Part shown: piece by piece, positions 12,187 through 26,169 of the stretch | How the letters are laid out: the number at the start of each line of letters is the position of its first letter | Position numbering within the stretch: position 1 is the first letter of the stretch | Source: Eledone cirrhosa | Lineage: Eukaryota | Length of the DNA stretch: 64,000 bases | Direction: 5' to 3' | NCBI GenBank assembly: GCA_964016885.1 | Contig: OZ024747.1 | Coordinates: 32,736,001-32,800,000 of the forward strand | Translations under genes and position numbers: made by a program | The notes under the pieces: model-generated | Told to the model about the DNA's origin: nothing | Database searches by the model: none | The model's input: only the letters and a program-made list of their open reading frames with translations

Positions 12187-13930
12187 GAGGAACCAAATAG
12201 GCAAACTAACAACAAAGTACCAAAACAACCTAACACCAAAAGAAGTAGATTACCTAACCAACTTCGAAATGAAAACCAGCAATTTCTATGGATTACCAAA
12301 AATTCATAAATCCATAGAAATCCAAAACAACATAAAAGGGAAAAATACATCATACATCGAAGCCCCAAAACCGACAGACTTAAAATTACGCCCGATTATT
12401 GCTGGCCCAGCCTCATGCACACAACGTCTTAGCAACCTATTAGACATCATACTCAAACCCCTATGTAAAAAAGTTCCAAGCTACATCAGAGATGATATGT
12501 AATTTCTTAACTATATCCCCCAAAAAGTACACCAGGATACAAACCTAGTAAGTTTTGATGTAATAAGCCTGTGCACTTACATCCCACACGACCTAGGGAT
12601 TGAAGCTGTGAACTTCTGGATTACAAAACACTCAAGTCACATTTCAGAAAGATTCCCCAAAGAATTCATCTTGGAAGGACTTAAATTAGTATTGGAAAAC
12701 AACCACTTCCTCTTGGACAACGAACTTTATCTACAAATAAAAGGAACAGCCATGGGTACCAAAGTGGCCCCTACATATGCAACGCTCGTTATGGGTCACT
12801 TAGAGGCAAAATTATATTCCCAACTACAGATAACATTCAGTCACGACTTCGCCTTCTACATTAATAAAAACTGGAAACGTTACCTAGATGACTGTTTCAT
12901 CTTCTGGAACAGAAGCCAAACAGACCTACAAAAATTTTATTCGATCTTAAACAGGCTTCATGAAGCTATACAATTCACTATGGAATGTAACGAAAAGGAA
13001 CTGCCCTTTCTAGATATCCTCATCATTAAAGAAGGGGAAAATATCATAACGGACCTATTTTGCAAACCCACTGACACACACCAATACTTAAATGTCCGGT
13101 CAGCACACCCCTCACATACGAAAAGGAACATTCCCTTCAATATGGCAAGGCGCATCTGCACTATAGCAACACACCCCGTACTACAAGAAAAAAGATTATG
13201 TGACCTGAAAAAATTCCTTAAAAAACAAGAATACCCGATGAAACTCATCAACGCAGCCATCTCCAAGGCTAAGAACATCCCAATAACAACACTGAGAAAA
13301 CCAAACCCACAACATAAAAAAGCAAACCCTGCTATCTCTTTTGTCATCACTCACAACCCAGGGAACATCAACATTGTGAAAATTGCTAAGCAGTATCTCC
13401 CGATTCTACAGCAATCTACCAAAATGAATGCACTCTTAAAAAACACACAGATAATTTATAGCAGACGCCAAGCACCCAACCTTAAAATACTAATTACCAA
13501 GGCAAAATTTACGACCAACATGGAACCAATGCAAGTGACGAAATGCGGGAACCCTAGATGTGGAACCTGTGAACTCATCGAAGAGGGCAAACAGTTGTCC
13601 TTCAAAAACCATGATAATTTCAAGGTCAATGCAAACATGAACTGCAAAACGAAAAACCTAATATATTGCGCAACATGTCCACAGTGTAAAGAGTATTACA
13701 TTGGGGAAACCGGAACAGGATTACATGATAGAGTCCGGGTACATAAACAACAAATTAAAGACCCCACAGTCAGAAATACCACATGTAGCGCACACTTTGC
13801 ATCATGCGAGAAGGGAAAATTCACAATCTTCCCTTTCTTCAAGATATGGTCGGATAACGAACATTCCGCAGATATAAAGAAGAATTCTTCATTGAAAAAT
13901 TTAAACCACTACTGAACATGAAAAAATGAA
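12187..13930 (+). pseudogene. PLE reverse transcriptase plus GIY-YIG endonuclease; stop at 12500-12502 and a late frameshift
   Basis: FYGLPKIHK, LRPII, GTAMG, WKRYLDDCF, LPFLD, linker CGNPRCGTC, NLIYCATCPQC..YIGET..RVRVH..SAHF (CCHH type). Confidence 0.92.
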
Positions 13931-14329
13931 TTAACACTCGGAGGTAAAATTCCATTTCACTACCCCCCCCCCCTCTTCTTATGTGTACACATGAATATCT
14001 GAGTGAACGGTGAGACACACACATATATGTGTGTAGGTATGTATGGATGTATGTACGTGTGGGTATATATGTATGTGGGTGTCTGTATGTGTGTGTGTAT
14101 ATATATGTATATATATATATATATGTATGTATGTGTATGTTTGTGTATATATATATATGTATATGTAGGAGGTGAGTTTTATTGTAGTACAATAAAGCAA
14201 TGCAGATATCGGATAAGAAGCACTCTACAGTTTGTAGGACTGGAGTATACATAATATATAAGAACAATGTGTTGATTTAAAACTGAATTATCCACAAGTG
14301 TTTTTTAGCCTTCATATCATGTCCTCCTG

Positions 14330-14396
14330 TTTTATCTGATGAAAACACAAATATTATTGCATGATGATATTTGTTTTTGAAATGCGCATAATAAAA
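14330..14396 (+). ncRNA. Type-I hammerhead ribozyme in the PLE 3' region
   Basis: ttttat-CTGATGA-aaacacaaatat...atatttgttttt-GAAA-tgcgca-ta-ataaaa. Confidence 0.8.
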
Positions 14397-14428
14397 TACA
14401 TGGAACTCCTTTAACCATCTTTTGTTCT

Positions 14429-14434
<6 letters not shown>

Positions 14435-14483
<49 letters not shown>

Positions 14484-14613
14484 TGTATGTTTATATGTGT
14501 GTGTATGTATATGTATGTATCTATATATATGTGTGTGTGTATGTATGTGCATATATGTATATATGTGTGTATGTTTCTGTATGTGTATATGTATGTATGT
14601 AGATGTATGTATA

Positions 14614-14682
<69 letters not shown>

Positions 14683-14708
14683 ATATGTGTCTTTATGTGC
14701 TTGTGTGT

Positions 14709-14758
<50 letters not shown>

Positions 14759-14866
14759 ATGTATGTGTATGTATATATATGTATATGTATATATATATAT
14801 AAATATATATATGTATGTATGTATATGTATATGTATATATGTATGTGTGTATGTATGTACTTGTAT

Positions 14867-14926
<60 letters not shown>

Positions 14927-15220
14927 GTGTGTGTGTATGTGTGCGTGTATGGATATATATGTATATTTAGTTATGTATCTTTATGTGTGTATATGTATGT
15001 ATATGTATGTATGTATATATATATATACCCATGTGGAGGTATGAGTACATATTTGTGTGTGTACGTATGTGTATATGTGTTTTTATATGTGTCTTTATAT
15101 GTTTTTGTGTATGTATGTGGATGTATATGTACATGGGTGTGTGATTGATGGTGTGTGCCTATATATACCTACATATGCCCATGTGTGTATGTACGTATAT
15201 GCGCACATATGTGTGTGTTG
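14435..15220. repeat. Compound (TA)/(TG)/(TATG) microsatellite
   Basis: Direct inspection. It explains the overlapping YIYV-type ORFs. Confidence 0.95.
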
Positions 15221-15696
15221 AACAAAGGACTAATTTTGGGATGGACGTAGAAAAATTCTTCAGAAAAAAATAATTGTTTACAAACTTGGCAGGTGCGATT
15301 TGCCTGTGACCATTCTCAACACAAAGGAATCCCCTGAATAATGGAATTTTTCGAGAATGACCGGGGCAGGCCGCTCTTGCTACACTTCTCCCCACCTCAA
15401 CACTACTCACCGTCTCAACTCGTTACTGCTATTAACACTTTTTCAACACACCTACACCTCAGCGTGAAAGGTCGTTCTAAAAACGAAACAATACCTCCTA
15501 CGTTAACCAAGAACTCCTAAAACCTAACTTAATTTATAAAATAATTTTTTTTAAGAAAACATTTTTTTTTCTAATCCGGAAAAAAACTCTTTTGGGATTT
15601 CGTGAAGAAAATAAATTTGTTGAAAGCACAAGTGAAGCCATTTTTTCTTCCCCCCTGTCTTAATATACCTAACTGTACCAAGGATTACACACATTT

Positions 15697-15727
<31 letters not shown>

Positions 15728-16077
15728 CATGTGTGTGTGTATGTGTGTGTTTATGTATGTATGGATATGTTGATATATATGTGTGTATGTAGATGTATAT
15801 GTATGTGTATTTGTATGTGTCTGTATATGTGTATGTATATATATGTGTATGTATATATGTGTGTGTATGTAATTGTGTGTGTGTGTGCATGTGTGTTTAT
15901 TTTTCCTTTCCTTCTTCCTTTTCCAGCCACACTTTCATATAGATTATATTTTTGTTTTTAAAATCCAATGTCAATAAATACACCAGCATCTTTTCATTCT
16001 GATGATTGAAAGCAAAATTTGTTTGCTTTCAAGAAACCACTGGTAAATGAAATAATTGCCTTATGTTGTTTATTACA

Positions 16078-16154
<77 letters not shown>

Positions 16155-16879
16155 CGAAACCAGACAGACAGATTTCTGATTTCTGAAAGGCTACATGAAT
16201 TCCTAAATACTTTGAACCTATCTCAGTCATCCATAGATTATTTCTCCTCTCCTGCAGGTATCCGCCTTCCTCAATTTTAAAATGTCCTGTTCACATCGTC
16301 ATTATTATTGTTGTTATTATCACTGGCTGTGCCACAACTTGTATACTTTGACATTGTTTTTAGAAATAAACCACATTGGTCATTATGTTTCTCTCTCTGC
16401 GAAAGTCATTCTTGACTCCTGTCATCACCACCCTCTTCTCTTATACATTCATTTCGATGTTTATAGAGTTAGGTTACGCATATTTGCCTTGTCCAATATG
16501 CCTACTTGCACCGGCTTATTTCTCTCAAATCTCGTATGATGATATACAGCGTGACCGGCTTATTTCCCTTAAATCTCCTGAGATGATATACGCCGTGATG
16601 GCTACCTATCTCCCTCCCACCCCGACTCACCACCATAAGCTATTCGACCAATCAAACCACAACCCATCATCAGCTCCAACATACACTGCCACTACTACTA
16701 CTAGTACTACCACTGCATTCCTAGCCCTTACAAGTGCCAACAAACTCAGCCATTACTACTACTGTCCTTCTAGCCCTGCACTAAATAATTATTTTACTGA
16801 TATCTATGGATGAGCTGAGGATAAATGGAACAACCCCGAATTAATAAATGAATATGAATCCGCGAGTCACCAAGCAGCC

Positions 16880-17125
16880 ATGCGAAGCTTTATTCAAGAG
16901 ACAGGAAGCAGCCCCCCCCCCCCGCCCGGCGAAAATTCACACCATCCTACAATTGAGGGCAGATGTCCAAAACTCCGAGTTGGAACCATCAATGTAAGCA
17001 CAATGAAAGGCAGAGCAGGAGAAATTGTAGAGATACTAGAGCGAAAGGAAATTGATGTATGCTGTGTGCAAGAGACTAGATGGAGAGGAGAGTCTGCTAG
17101 AGTCCTTGTAGGAAAAAGTCAGTAT
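16880..17125 (+). mobile_element. 5' fragment of an RTE LINE (start of the AP endonuclease)
   Basis: LRVGTINVSTMKGRAGEIVEILERKEIDVCCVQETRW. It is cut off at a following inverted-repeat insert. Confidence 0.8.
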
Positions 17126-17335
17126 ACATGAATGTATGTATAGTATATTTGGCAATATATCGTATGTTTAATTAAAAACATTTTGAAGACTTTGCGCTAT
17201 CATTTTAAAGTAGTCCCTTTGCCGAAAAAAGAAGTAAGTGACATAGTCACTACTTTAAAATGTTAGCGCAAGGTCTTCAAAATATTATTAATTAAACATA
17301 CGGTATATTGCCAAATATACTATACATGTATTTAT
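17126..17335. mobile_element. Short inverted-repeat insert related to the 23783-24477 family
   Basis: Arms about 17128-17210 and 17253-17330. Shares gtcactactttaaa...gcgcaaggtcttc with 24070-24150. Confidence 0.6.
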
Positions 17336-17572
17336 ATATATATAAATGGAAAAAATGAAACGAAATTTCATTTCTCACTCTTAGTACGGCTGTTACTTAA
17401 ATATAAGTATGTATACGTACATCTGTTAGAACACGAAAAGTGTGAAACAACAGAATGTTCACTTTTCGTGTTCTAACATATATGCCTAACATCTTCATAA
17501 ATTTTTCGGGGATAGCCGTGGTGGTGGTGATCGTATGTCATTGGCTAATTTTCAACCAATCAGAGTAAGTGT

Positions 17573-17640
<68 letters not shown>

Positions 17641-19045
17641 ACACTTACTCTGATTGGTTGTGGTTACCTCCGATTCAACCCGGAATAACGTATATATATA
17701 TATATATATATATATATACTATTCCCCCTCTCTCTATATATATCTTACGCTTTCGCTTTACACTCCTCCCCTTCAATAACACATTTCCCCATCTCTATAT
17801 ATCTCTTCCACTGTTACTTACGCCTGTTTCTCTCTATCTGTTCCGTCTCTATATATATATCTCTCTTACTCTTTCGCTTTGCACTCCTCCCCTTCAATAC
17901 CATCTCTCCCCCTCTCTATATATTTGTTACTCTATCGCTGCACGCTCCTCTCCTTCAATATATCAATTACACACGCTTTACACTCCTTTATCCCCAGCGC
18001 CCCTATATATACACCCCCCTCCCGCATCTATATTTTAATGTTCCGTTGCACCGTGAATATATGTGTCTATATATATATATACATATATATTGTATTTACA
18101 CATTCATGTATGTGTATACACACTCATGTATGTATATACACTGGTTTTATGTGTGTATTGTAAATTTGTACTGTTAAAACACGAAACTAACATTCGATTG
18201 ACACTTTGATTACCTGTACAGGCAATAGTTATTAGAATGCTGTTGAAGTGTGTATATATTTTTGGGGGACATCCTGTATATACACACATTATATATAATA
18301 CAATAAACAGATAAATACACACATATATATATGAGCTTATTTAATTATAAATATTGTGAATTTTTAACTCAGTTCAATTATATATATAAATGGCTTCTAC
18401 AGGACTAGAACTGTTTCATTCGAAAGAAATCATCATAATATTGAGAGGGGGGACTAGATAAAATATTTCAAATCAAATGTGTATAAGTTATAAGTTAAAA
18501 TGTATAAATAGAGACGATAGTGGAGGTATATCTGTTTAGTGGAACAGTAGACGATAGAATTAAATACAGACGAGAATCTCCCTTTAATGAAACAGCAGAC
18601 GATAGAATTAAGGCAATTTAAATTTTAAGCATTTGCATTTCATCGTTACGGGGTCGATAAAATAAAGTACCAGTAATACACTGTCACTATAAGTAGACGA
18701 CTTTCAAATTGAATTGTTGGTTCCATTTCTTTAGTATTTTCAATTGTAGTTATCTACTTAAAAAGCGTTACACGGTTAGAGACATAATTGGTAAGTTATA
18801 TCTTCCCTATTAAACCATTGCATTATTTCGCCTACAATAGAACAAAAATGAAATGTTCTTTAAAGAAACAGGAATATAACTTTATAAAAAAAAAAGTTGC
18901 ATCCGCTTCTTTTATCATTGATAATTTTTTCGTTTTAATATTAATTGTTTTTTGTAGTTGTTTATATTAAAAATCTTACTGTAATATTTACTTAAACGAA
19001 GGCAGACATCTAAACTTATAGATTAATCTTGAGCGAAGGACTAGA

Positions 19046-19131
<86 letters not shown>

Positions 19132-19134
<3 letters not shown>

Positions 19135-19432
19135 GAAGAATGATAACATTTCAAGCAAAGAGTTTAATTAGGTAATGACTTACAAATTTGTTTCAGTATA
19201 TATTTAATATAATATTAATATATTTTGTAATATTATTAACTAATTATTATAATTAGCGCTTCAGGCTTTGTCTATATACTGAAACAAATTTGTAAGTCAT
19301 TACCTAATTAAACTCTTTGCTTGAAATTTTATCACTCTTCGTTTTGAATTTCTCCTAAGTATTCAATACTCTGTTGAGAAATACATTTTACATAAACAGT
19401 CTTTGTACCATTTATACGGTATTAATTACTTA

Positions 19433-19437
<5 letters not shown>
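19132..19437. mobile_element. Short inverted-repeat insert in (TA)n (arms 19132-19201 and 19276-19343)
   Basis: The arms are reverse complements. It retains the 3' half of a hammerhead-like motif, GAAA-caaatttg-ta. Confidence 0.6.
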
Positions 19438-19505
<68 letters not shown>

Positions 19506-19671
19506 CGTATGATTAGAACTGTGTTTATTATTAATATTTTAATGGATTTAATGAAAAATTTTAGGTGTTCATATATATATTCTAAAACTGCGCGAAATCG
19601 TGAATCCGCGATAGTTGAACCGCCAAGTAGCGAGGTATCACTGTATATATGTTTAAATATATAGTGTAGCT

Positions 19672-20136
19672 GTGATGTATCTCGCGAGTGAATCGAGACC
19701 TGTCACTGATTTTGGTGTCCCCACTGCCGATGTGAATGAGCAACGCTGCACTTGTGAATTGGGTCTTGATGTTGCAGGCAGTTCATATACTTACAATGAT
19801 GCGGTCCCACAAGCTTGTTCACATTCCTGTGCTAATAATCTAGATGGGCGTATTAAATTGGATGTGAAAGCAGCTTACCGGATGCGGAATCGGGAGAAGT
19901 TGAGACAAAAACAGGCCGATTATAGAGCTGTGAATTTTGCTAAATTAACACAAAAACAGGCCAAGTATAGATGTTCAAAACGGTATGAGTTGGCAAACAA
20001 GCAGGCCAAGTATAGATCTGCAAATTCAGCTATTATATCTCAAAAGCAAGCCGAGCGTAGAGCTTCTAAACGTACCGAGTTGGCTAAAGAGCAGACCAAG
20101 TACAGATCTGCAAATATCTTATTGCACAAACAATAA
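19672..20136 (+). CDS. Unassigned 154-aa ORF with 15-aa (45-nt) basic repeats KQA(K/D)YR; possibly a transposon-derived fragment
   Basis: Non-microsatellite ORF containing five periodic repeats. No recognisable domain. Confidence 0.3.
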   Translation: MMYLASESRPVTDFGVPTADVNEQRCTCELGLDVAGSSYTYNDAVPQACSHSCANNLDGRIKLDVKAAYRMRNREKLRQKQADYRAVNFAKLTQKQAKYRCSKRYELANKQAKYRSANSAIISQKQAERRASKRTELAKEQTKYRSANILLHKQ

Positions 20137-20159
20137 TTCTGCACAAATGTTGCTCCATT

Positions 20160-20345
20160 ATTTTGGCAGTATTGGTAGAGGTTCGGATGCCATGCTTTCC
20201 AGCATAGTTACGTCCCTTTACGATCTGAGTTCCAATCCTGCCGAGGTTGACTTTGCCTTTCATCCTTACGGGGTAGATAAAATAAAGTACCAGTAATGCA
20301 CTGGGTAATTTGCTGGCCTTGTGCCTAAAGTAGAAACAATTATTA
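20160..20345 (+). mobile_element. tRNA-derived SINE
   Basis: Same family as 42624-42810. Confidence 0.85.
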
Positions 20346-20527
20346 GATCTAATGTTGCAACGATACAGTTAAATGTTGTCTGTGTATTTTAAAAAAGATT
20401 TGCTTATAATCTTTTCAAATTTCATTACGCCAATGATTCAAGCTCAAATTGACATTATCTAAAAAATTGTACAAACAGCGGTGGATTAGCAGTAGTGAAC
20501 AGATAAATCAGTCAATTTATTAAGATT

Positions 20528-21182
20528 GACTTGGCATCAATCAGCAAGACCTTCATTAGCTGCTCTCCAGCCATCTATTTAAAGCTGTATACATCTATGG
20601 TACGAATACACTTGGAGTTCGCGTCATCAGTCTGGAACCCCTATCTTGCTCAGAACATTGACCTCCTGGAAACTGTTCAGAGACATGCAACCAAGCGCAT
20701 ACCCTCCATCAGACACCTACCATACCCTGAATATTTTGCTTCCCTCTGGCAATGGACTTGGTAAACACCCACAAAGTTATTAACCATCCGACCAACAACA
20801 ACCCCGAACACCTTTTTGATCTCCATGTGTCTAACACGTGGACATGCCTACAAAGTCAGAAAACAACACAGCTCCCATGACTTTAGGAAATATTTCTTCA
20901 TGCTCAGAGTTGCTGAAGGATGGAACAAACTTCCTGCATCAGTTGTTAGCTGATGACACACTGCATCCTTTAAAACCATCATACATTCCGAAATACACCA
21001 AAACTACACCTGATGTCCCCCTTCCATACACATGCACATATGTGTATATCATGACTCATGCACTGTTCTTTTTTCCTGACGTTTTTATATTACCCTATGT
21101 ATTATATATGCACTTTTGATGAGTTGTAGTGCACCTCAGCATTGTACACAATATTTTCATTATTACTATCATTATTATTATT
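20528..21182 (+). mobile_element. CR1/L2-group LINE 3' fragment with (ATT)n tail
   Basis: LYTSMVRIHLEFASSVWNPY..LETVQRHATKRIP, followed by RGH..K..FF..RV..WNKLP-like remnants. Confidence 0.8.
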
Positions 21183-21651
21183 ACACTCATTGATCCATTT
21201 TGCACTAACTCTGCATCAAGCACCCTCACCTAAATATTAACCAATCAAGGATCCAATACAGCTATCTGTTGGATGAGTATTGTATAGTGCCAAAAACGAA
21301 ACCAATCAGTTTAGCAGAAAGTTTCCAGACAAGAAACACGCATATTTTGCTATCCTCAAACACGTTTACACATGGCATGAAATATAACTAATCCGAGATG
21401 GCTAGGTTTCATCTTCTAACTGGATATACGAAATCCATTATGTCTTGACAACAACATGAGGTAACATTATGTTATTCACAGACACACTTTGTACACTGTT
21501 CCATATCAGAATGTATTTCCTTCGTCACATTCACAAACAGTATTGAAAATATGTTCTTCGGCAAATAAAAATGTTTTGTTCATAATATTTCAACTAGCGA
21601 TTGCTCTACTCCACGCACGACCACCATAAATTAATGACCAGCTCAACACAA

Positions 21652-21822
21652 GTATTGGTAGAGCGTCAGACACCATGCTTTGCAGTATTGTTATGGTCCT
21701 TTGCATTCTAAGTTCAAATCCTGCCGAGGTTAACTTCGACTTTCATACTTACTAATTCGATAAAATAAAGTACCAGTAATGGACTGCCGTAATGGATTTG
21801 TGCCGAAAAATAGAAACACTAT
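21652..21822 (+). mobile_element. tRNA-derived SINE, diverged
   Basis: gttcaaatcctgccgagg...gataaaataaagtaccagt. Confidence 0.8.
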
Positions 21823-22375
21823 TAATGTGCAATAAGAGCAAAATATAACGACATTGCTCAATTATTTTATCTAATGTTGTAATAACACAAGGAAATGTTG
21901 TTTGTGTATTTTTTTTTATATTTGCTCATAGGCTTTTACAATTTCGCTCAGCCAACAACTATTAAAAAGTGAGTTGCTTAAGATAACAATTTAATCACAA
22001 ATTGTTGCTATCTTTTAATACACTCCAACAAGTCATCAAATTATGTACAATAAAAACAAATCTTATTAATTTGCTCAGGGAATATAAAGAAAATGTATAT
22101 ACACTGATAATTGCAATTGTATGTAAATATTTTGTTTTTGTATTGTTTATTTTATGTTTTCTATTATGTATAATATATTGATTTAATATTGATTGTTTTT
22201 TGTAGTTGTTTATATTAAAAGTCTGAAAATATTTTTATACATCTTACACTAATATTTATAAGATAATTTATAATAACAATTACATAATCTAATTACATTA
22301 CAACGATAATTTATTATTAATATATATCCTCTTTAACTAGAGTTATTACAAGCGTTGCCTTAAAAAAATATTAAA

Positions 22376-23331
22376 CTAGACATGAAAAATGCGCAAGCTC
22401 AAAAGTGCCACAGAATGTTATAATAAACCTTCAAAAGTGTGGGACTAGAGTTGTTGCTAAAAAATATTGTAATCATTATATATCGTACATTCTGTGGCAT
22501 CCTTTATAAAAATAGCTTAAACCAACGAAGCCTTTATTTTTACGCTATTTCACTTAGTTAATTCTTAGAGTGTAACATATAAAAATAAATACATCTATGT
22601 TTAATGTAATAACAGCTATAAATAATTACGTAATATTATTATCATATACTCATAGTAACAAAATAATTGTGTTGAAAATTAATATGATGCTTATATGAAC
22701 GATCAAATCTATAATGATAATTTCTTAAATATACTAATAGTAAAATAATTTAGTTATCTATTGTTACATTTTCATAGAACTATAATATTAACAATCGTAT
22801 TGCATTATCAAATTTTTATCACTACAAACTTTCATATTGGAATTACCTTAAGCCACTTATTATTACTTCGCTTTCGTACTTTTACAGCTGTAGATATTGC
22901 GCTGTATCTTATATCTAATATCAATATCTCATGGTAATTTGCATGCAGTGTAAAATAGGTTTATTAATAACTTTAATAAGAAATGTATTATACAGGGCTG
23001 CGGAGTCGGCCAAAAATTGACTGGCTCCAACTCAGGATCCGATATTCCCTTATTTCCTAAATTTCAGCTCCGCAGCTCTGTTATTATATTAATTAATTTA
23101 TTTTATAGTTGTAAATCATATTTTTATATGTTACACTCTAAGAATTAACTAAGTGAAATAGCGTAAAAATAAAGGCTTCGTTGGTTTAAGCTATTTTTAT
23201 AAAGGATGCCACAGAATGTACGATATATAATGATTACAATATTTTTTAGCAACAACTCTAGTCCCACACTTTTGAAGGTTTATTATAACATTCTGTGGCA
23301 CTTTTGAGCTTGCGCATTTTTCATGTCTAGT
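22376..23331. repeat. Inverted repeat with arms of about 215 bp (22376-22587, 23120-23331)
   Basis: Near-identical reverse-complement arms around an AT-rich spacer. Confidence 0.85.
22993..23080. mobile_element. 88-bp hAT-type MITE
   Basis: TIRs cagggctgcggag and ctccgcagctctg. The 8-bp flanks gtattata and ttattata look like a TSD with one mismatch. Confidence 0.7.
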
Positions 23332-23782
23332 ACATATATGTATACGACGTACAGTAGTATGTATATATATACATGCACACATATATATATGTATGTATGG
23401 ATTTACCGCTTTCGGTGCGCCCGGCCGATTAACTCACTCGATATACAAATTAGGCTGCTCAGTCGTTATGCATAAGGAAAGTATATACCTTCAGACGTTC
23501 AATCATCTGGCAGGAAGGTATACGGTTCTGACGATAGCTAATAAGCTTGAAACTAGTACATGGTTCCTTTGTCAGTGTTGAACAAAGGGCAACGATGGTT
23601 TCTAAACACTGTACGGCTTAATTCGGGATGATTGTTTACAAACAAACAGAGCATTATAATAAATGTTCGGTAAATCAATATGTACATATATATATGTGTG
23701 CATGTATGAATATATATACATACTACTGTACGTCTGTGTATATATATGTATGTACGTATACATACTTATATATATATATATA

Positions 23783-24473
23783 TTTGAAAATTAGAATTGG
23801 TGCTCTGAAATAGCGATATATATATGAATGTAAATATAGTGTATTTTGCAATACACTGTATTTTCAATTTCTGCCTGATCGGCAACCGCTCTATATAATC
23901 AGTTCCTGATTATTACTAGAATTCTATAAGAATCAAACATTCATGATTTTCAGCAAACAGGTGGAGTACTTGGCTTTGATAAGTACCAATCAGTACGAAA
24001 CAGAGCTCTGTCAGCTTTATCTCTGTCAGCTTTATCCCTGTTTGCTGAAGATATAAAGTAAGTGAGACTGTCACTACTCTAAAACAATAGCGTAAGGTCT
24101 TCGAAATGCTTTTAATTAAGCATACAGTGTATTGCAAAATACACTATATATACATTCATATATATATAGCTATTTCTGAGTGCCAATTCTAATTTTCAAT
24201 TTCTGCCTGACCGGCAACCGCTCTGTATAATCAGTTCCTGATTATTACTAGAATTCTATAAAAATTCAAACATTCATGATTTTCAGCAAACAGGTGGAGT
24301 ACTTGGCTTTGATAAGTACCAATCAGTACGAAAGAGAGCTCAGTCAGCTTTATCTCCCCTGTTTGCTGAAAATTTAAAGTAAGTGAGACTGTCACTACTT
24401 TAAACAATAGCGTAAGGTCTTCGAAATGCTTTTAATTAAGCATACAGTGTATTGCAAAATACACTATATATAC

Positions 24474-24477
<4 letters not shown>
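23783..24477 (+). mobile_element. Non-coding partial-tandem element (332-nt period) with a short inverted 5' arm, in (TA)n
   Basis: ctgcctga occurs at 23871 and 24203. 23785-23850 is the reverse complement of 24133-24198. Confidence 0.75.
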
Positions 24478-24536
<59 letters not shown>

Positions 24537-25139
24537 AAGTATGTCCATAGAATCATTTGATAAAATATATACATTATTTCCTTTCCCAATCAGCATAATC
24601 AACCACACAAAAAAAAAACCCAATTAAACATGGGTATAATATTAAAAGACACTTATGAAGAAATAATAGATGAATAAACGTCAGCTATCTATCCGCGATC
24701 AACAGCTATAGAATATTTACCCAGCATTTCTAATAGCACGTAGAAATCGATTAAATATATCGTCAACCATACACAATTAGGTATAAAATCAAAGTTAGAA
24801 GAAAAAATGTATATAAACATACCAAAATTATGTTTCTACCCCATGTGGTTTCATTCGCTTTTTGGAAATATCCGATCAAGGATAAATTCACGAGTTTCGA
24901 AATCATCAGGAAACAAACTCACTTGGACGAAGATTTTTCTTAAATGATACCCGCCAGAAACAAATTCAAAATAGCTAAGAACTGTGACGTGGCAGTGGTC
25001 AAGTCAGAAAGAATGTGATTGGTGCCTTACAGCGAGTGGCTGGTTGCTAGAAAGCGCAGCCTAATACTGCCTAAATTGCATCTCAACCATATGGGAGATT
25101 ATCAAATGTAAAGATTTACATATACATAAACTAGACAAA

Positions 25140-25197
<58 letters not shown>

Positions 25198-25449
25198 TTT
25201 TGCCAACCATTCACGATGTGGCTCAATGACGAATTAATTAATGAAATAATCAACAATAAGAGCAATGTACAATAAAGTGTGTCCATAGAATCATTTGATA
25301 AAATATATACATTATTTCCGCTCACAATCAGCATAATGAACCACACAACCACACAAAAAAACAATTAAACAAGGCTATGAGATTAAAAGGTGTAACAATT
25401 GTTCTCGGTATGGGGAACTAACTGTTGTGTTCCTACTACTATATATCTA

Positions 25450-25587
<138 letters not shown>

Positions 25588-25670
25588 TATAGTAGTAGAA
25601 ACACAACAGTTAAATCACCATACCGAGAACAATTGTTACACCTTGCGGATCATCGGCTATATATATTGAT

Positions 25671-25718
<48 letters not shown>

Positions 25719-25769
25719 ATTGTATTGTGTTATTTATTACATTATATATATATGTGTGTGTGTGTGTAC

Positions 25770-25821
<52 letters not shown>

Positions 25822-25849
25822 GTACACACACACACACATATATATATAT

Positions 25850-26126
25850 AATGTAATAAATAACACAATACAATTATTCCATTTACCAAAGGTTTCACGA
25901 AGACAGGCGAGCTCAACAGAGACGACCGATATCGTTCATCAAAAAGGAAAATTTTAATATGCTAACGTGGAAGATGGACGTTAAACGATGATGATGATGA
26001 TATGAGATTAATTTAAAAAAACAATTGAAAGCGAGGCTGAAATAAAATAAGAAAATAAGAAAATAAAATAACGGGAAAAATAAAGACACACTGAAACAGA
26101 ATGTAACGTTAGGGGATAAAATAAAT

Positions 26127-26130
<4 letters not shown>
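25850..26130 (-). mobile_element. Family H remnant with a degenerate hammerhead (25878-25948)
   Basis: Reverse-complement homologue of 51010-51260. The core reads TTGATGA...GAAA-cctttgg-ta. Confidence 0.6.
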
Positions 26131-26161
<31 letters not shown>

Positions 26162-26169
26162 TACATATA

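Larger units (their letters stand above)
11762..15700 (+). mobile_element. Neptune-type Penelope-like element, 5'-truncated, with an inverted copy of its 3' end at 11762-12186 and a microsatellite-filled 3' UTR
   Basis: 11762-12186 is the reverse complement of 15350-15662 (with an indel). The RT/EN reading frame lies between them. Confidence 0.8.

Noticed and set aside
15995-16030. CTGATGA-tt-GAAA-gc
   Set aside because: There is no stem II or stem I pairing, so it is likely chance.
24885-24915. Minus-strand CTGATGA-tttc-GAAA-ctcgtgaa
   Set aside because: There is no stem II and no valid NUH triplet with stem I, so it was not counted as a hammerhead.
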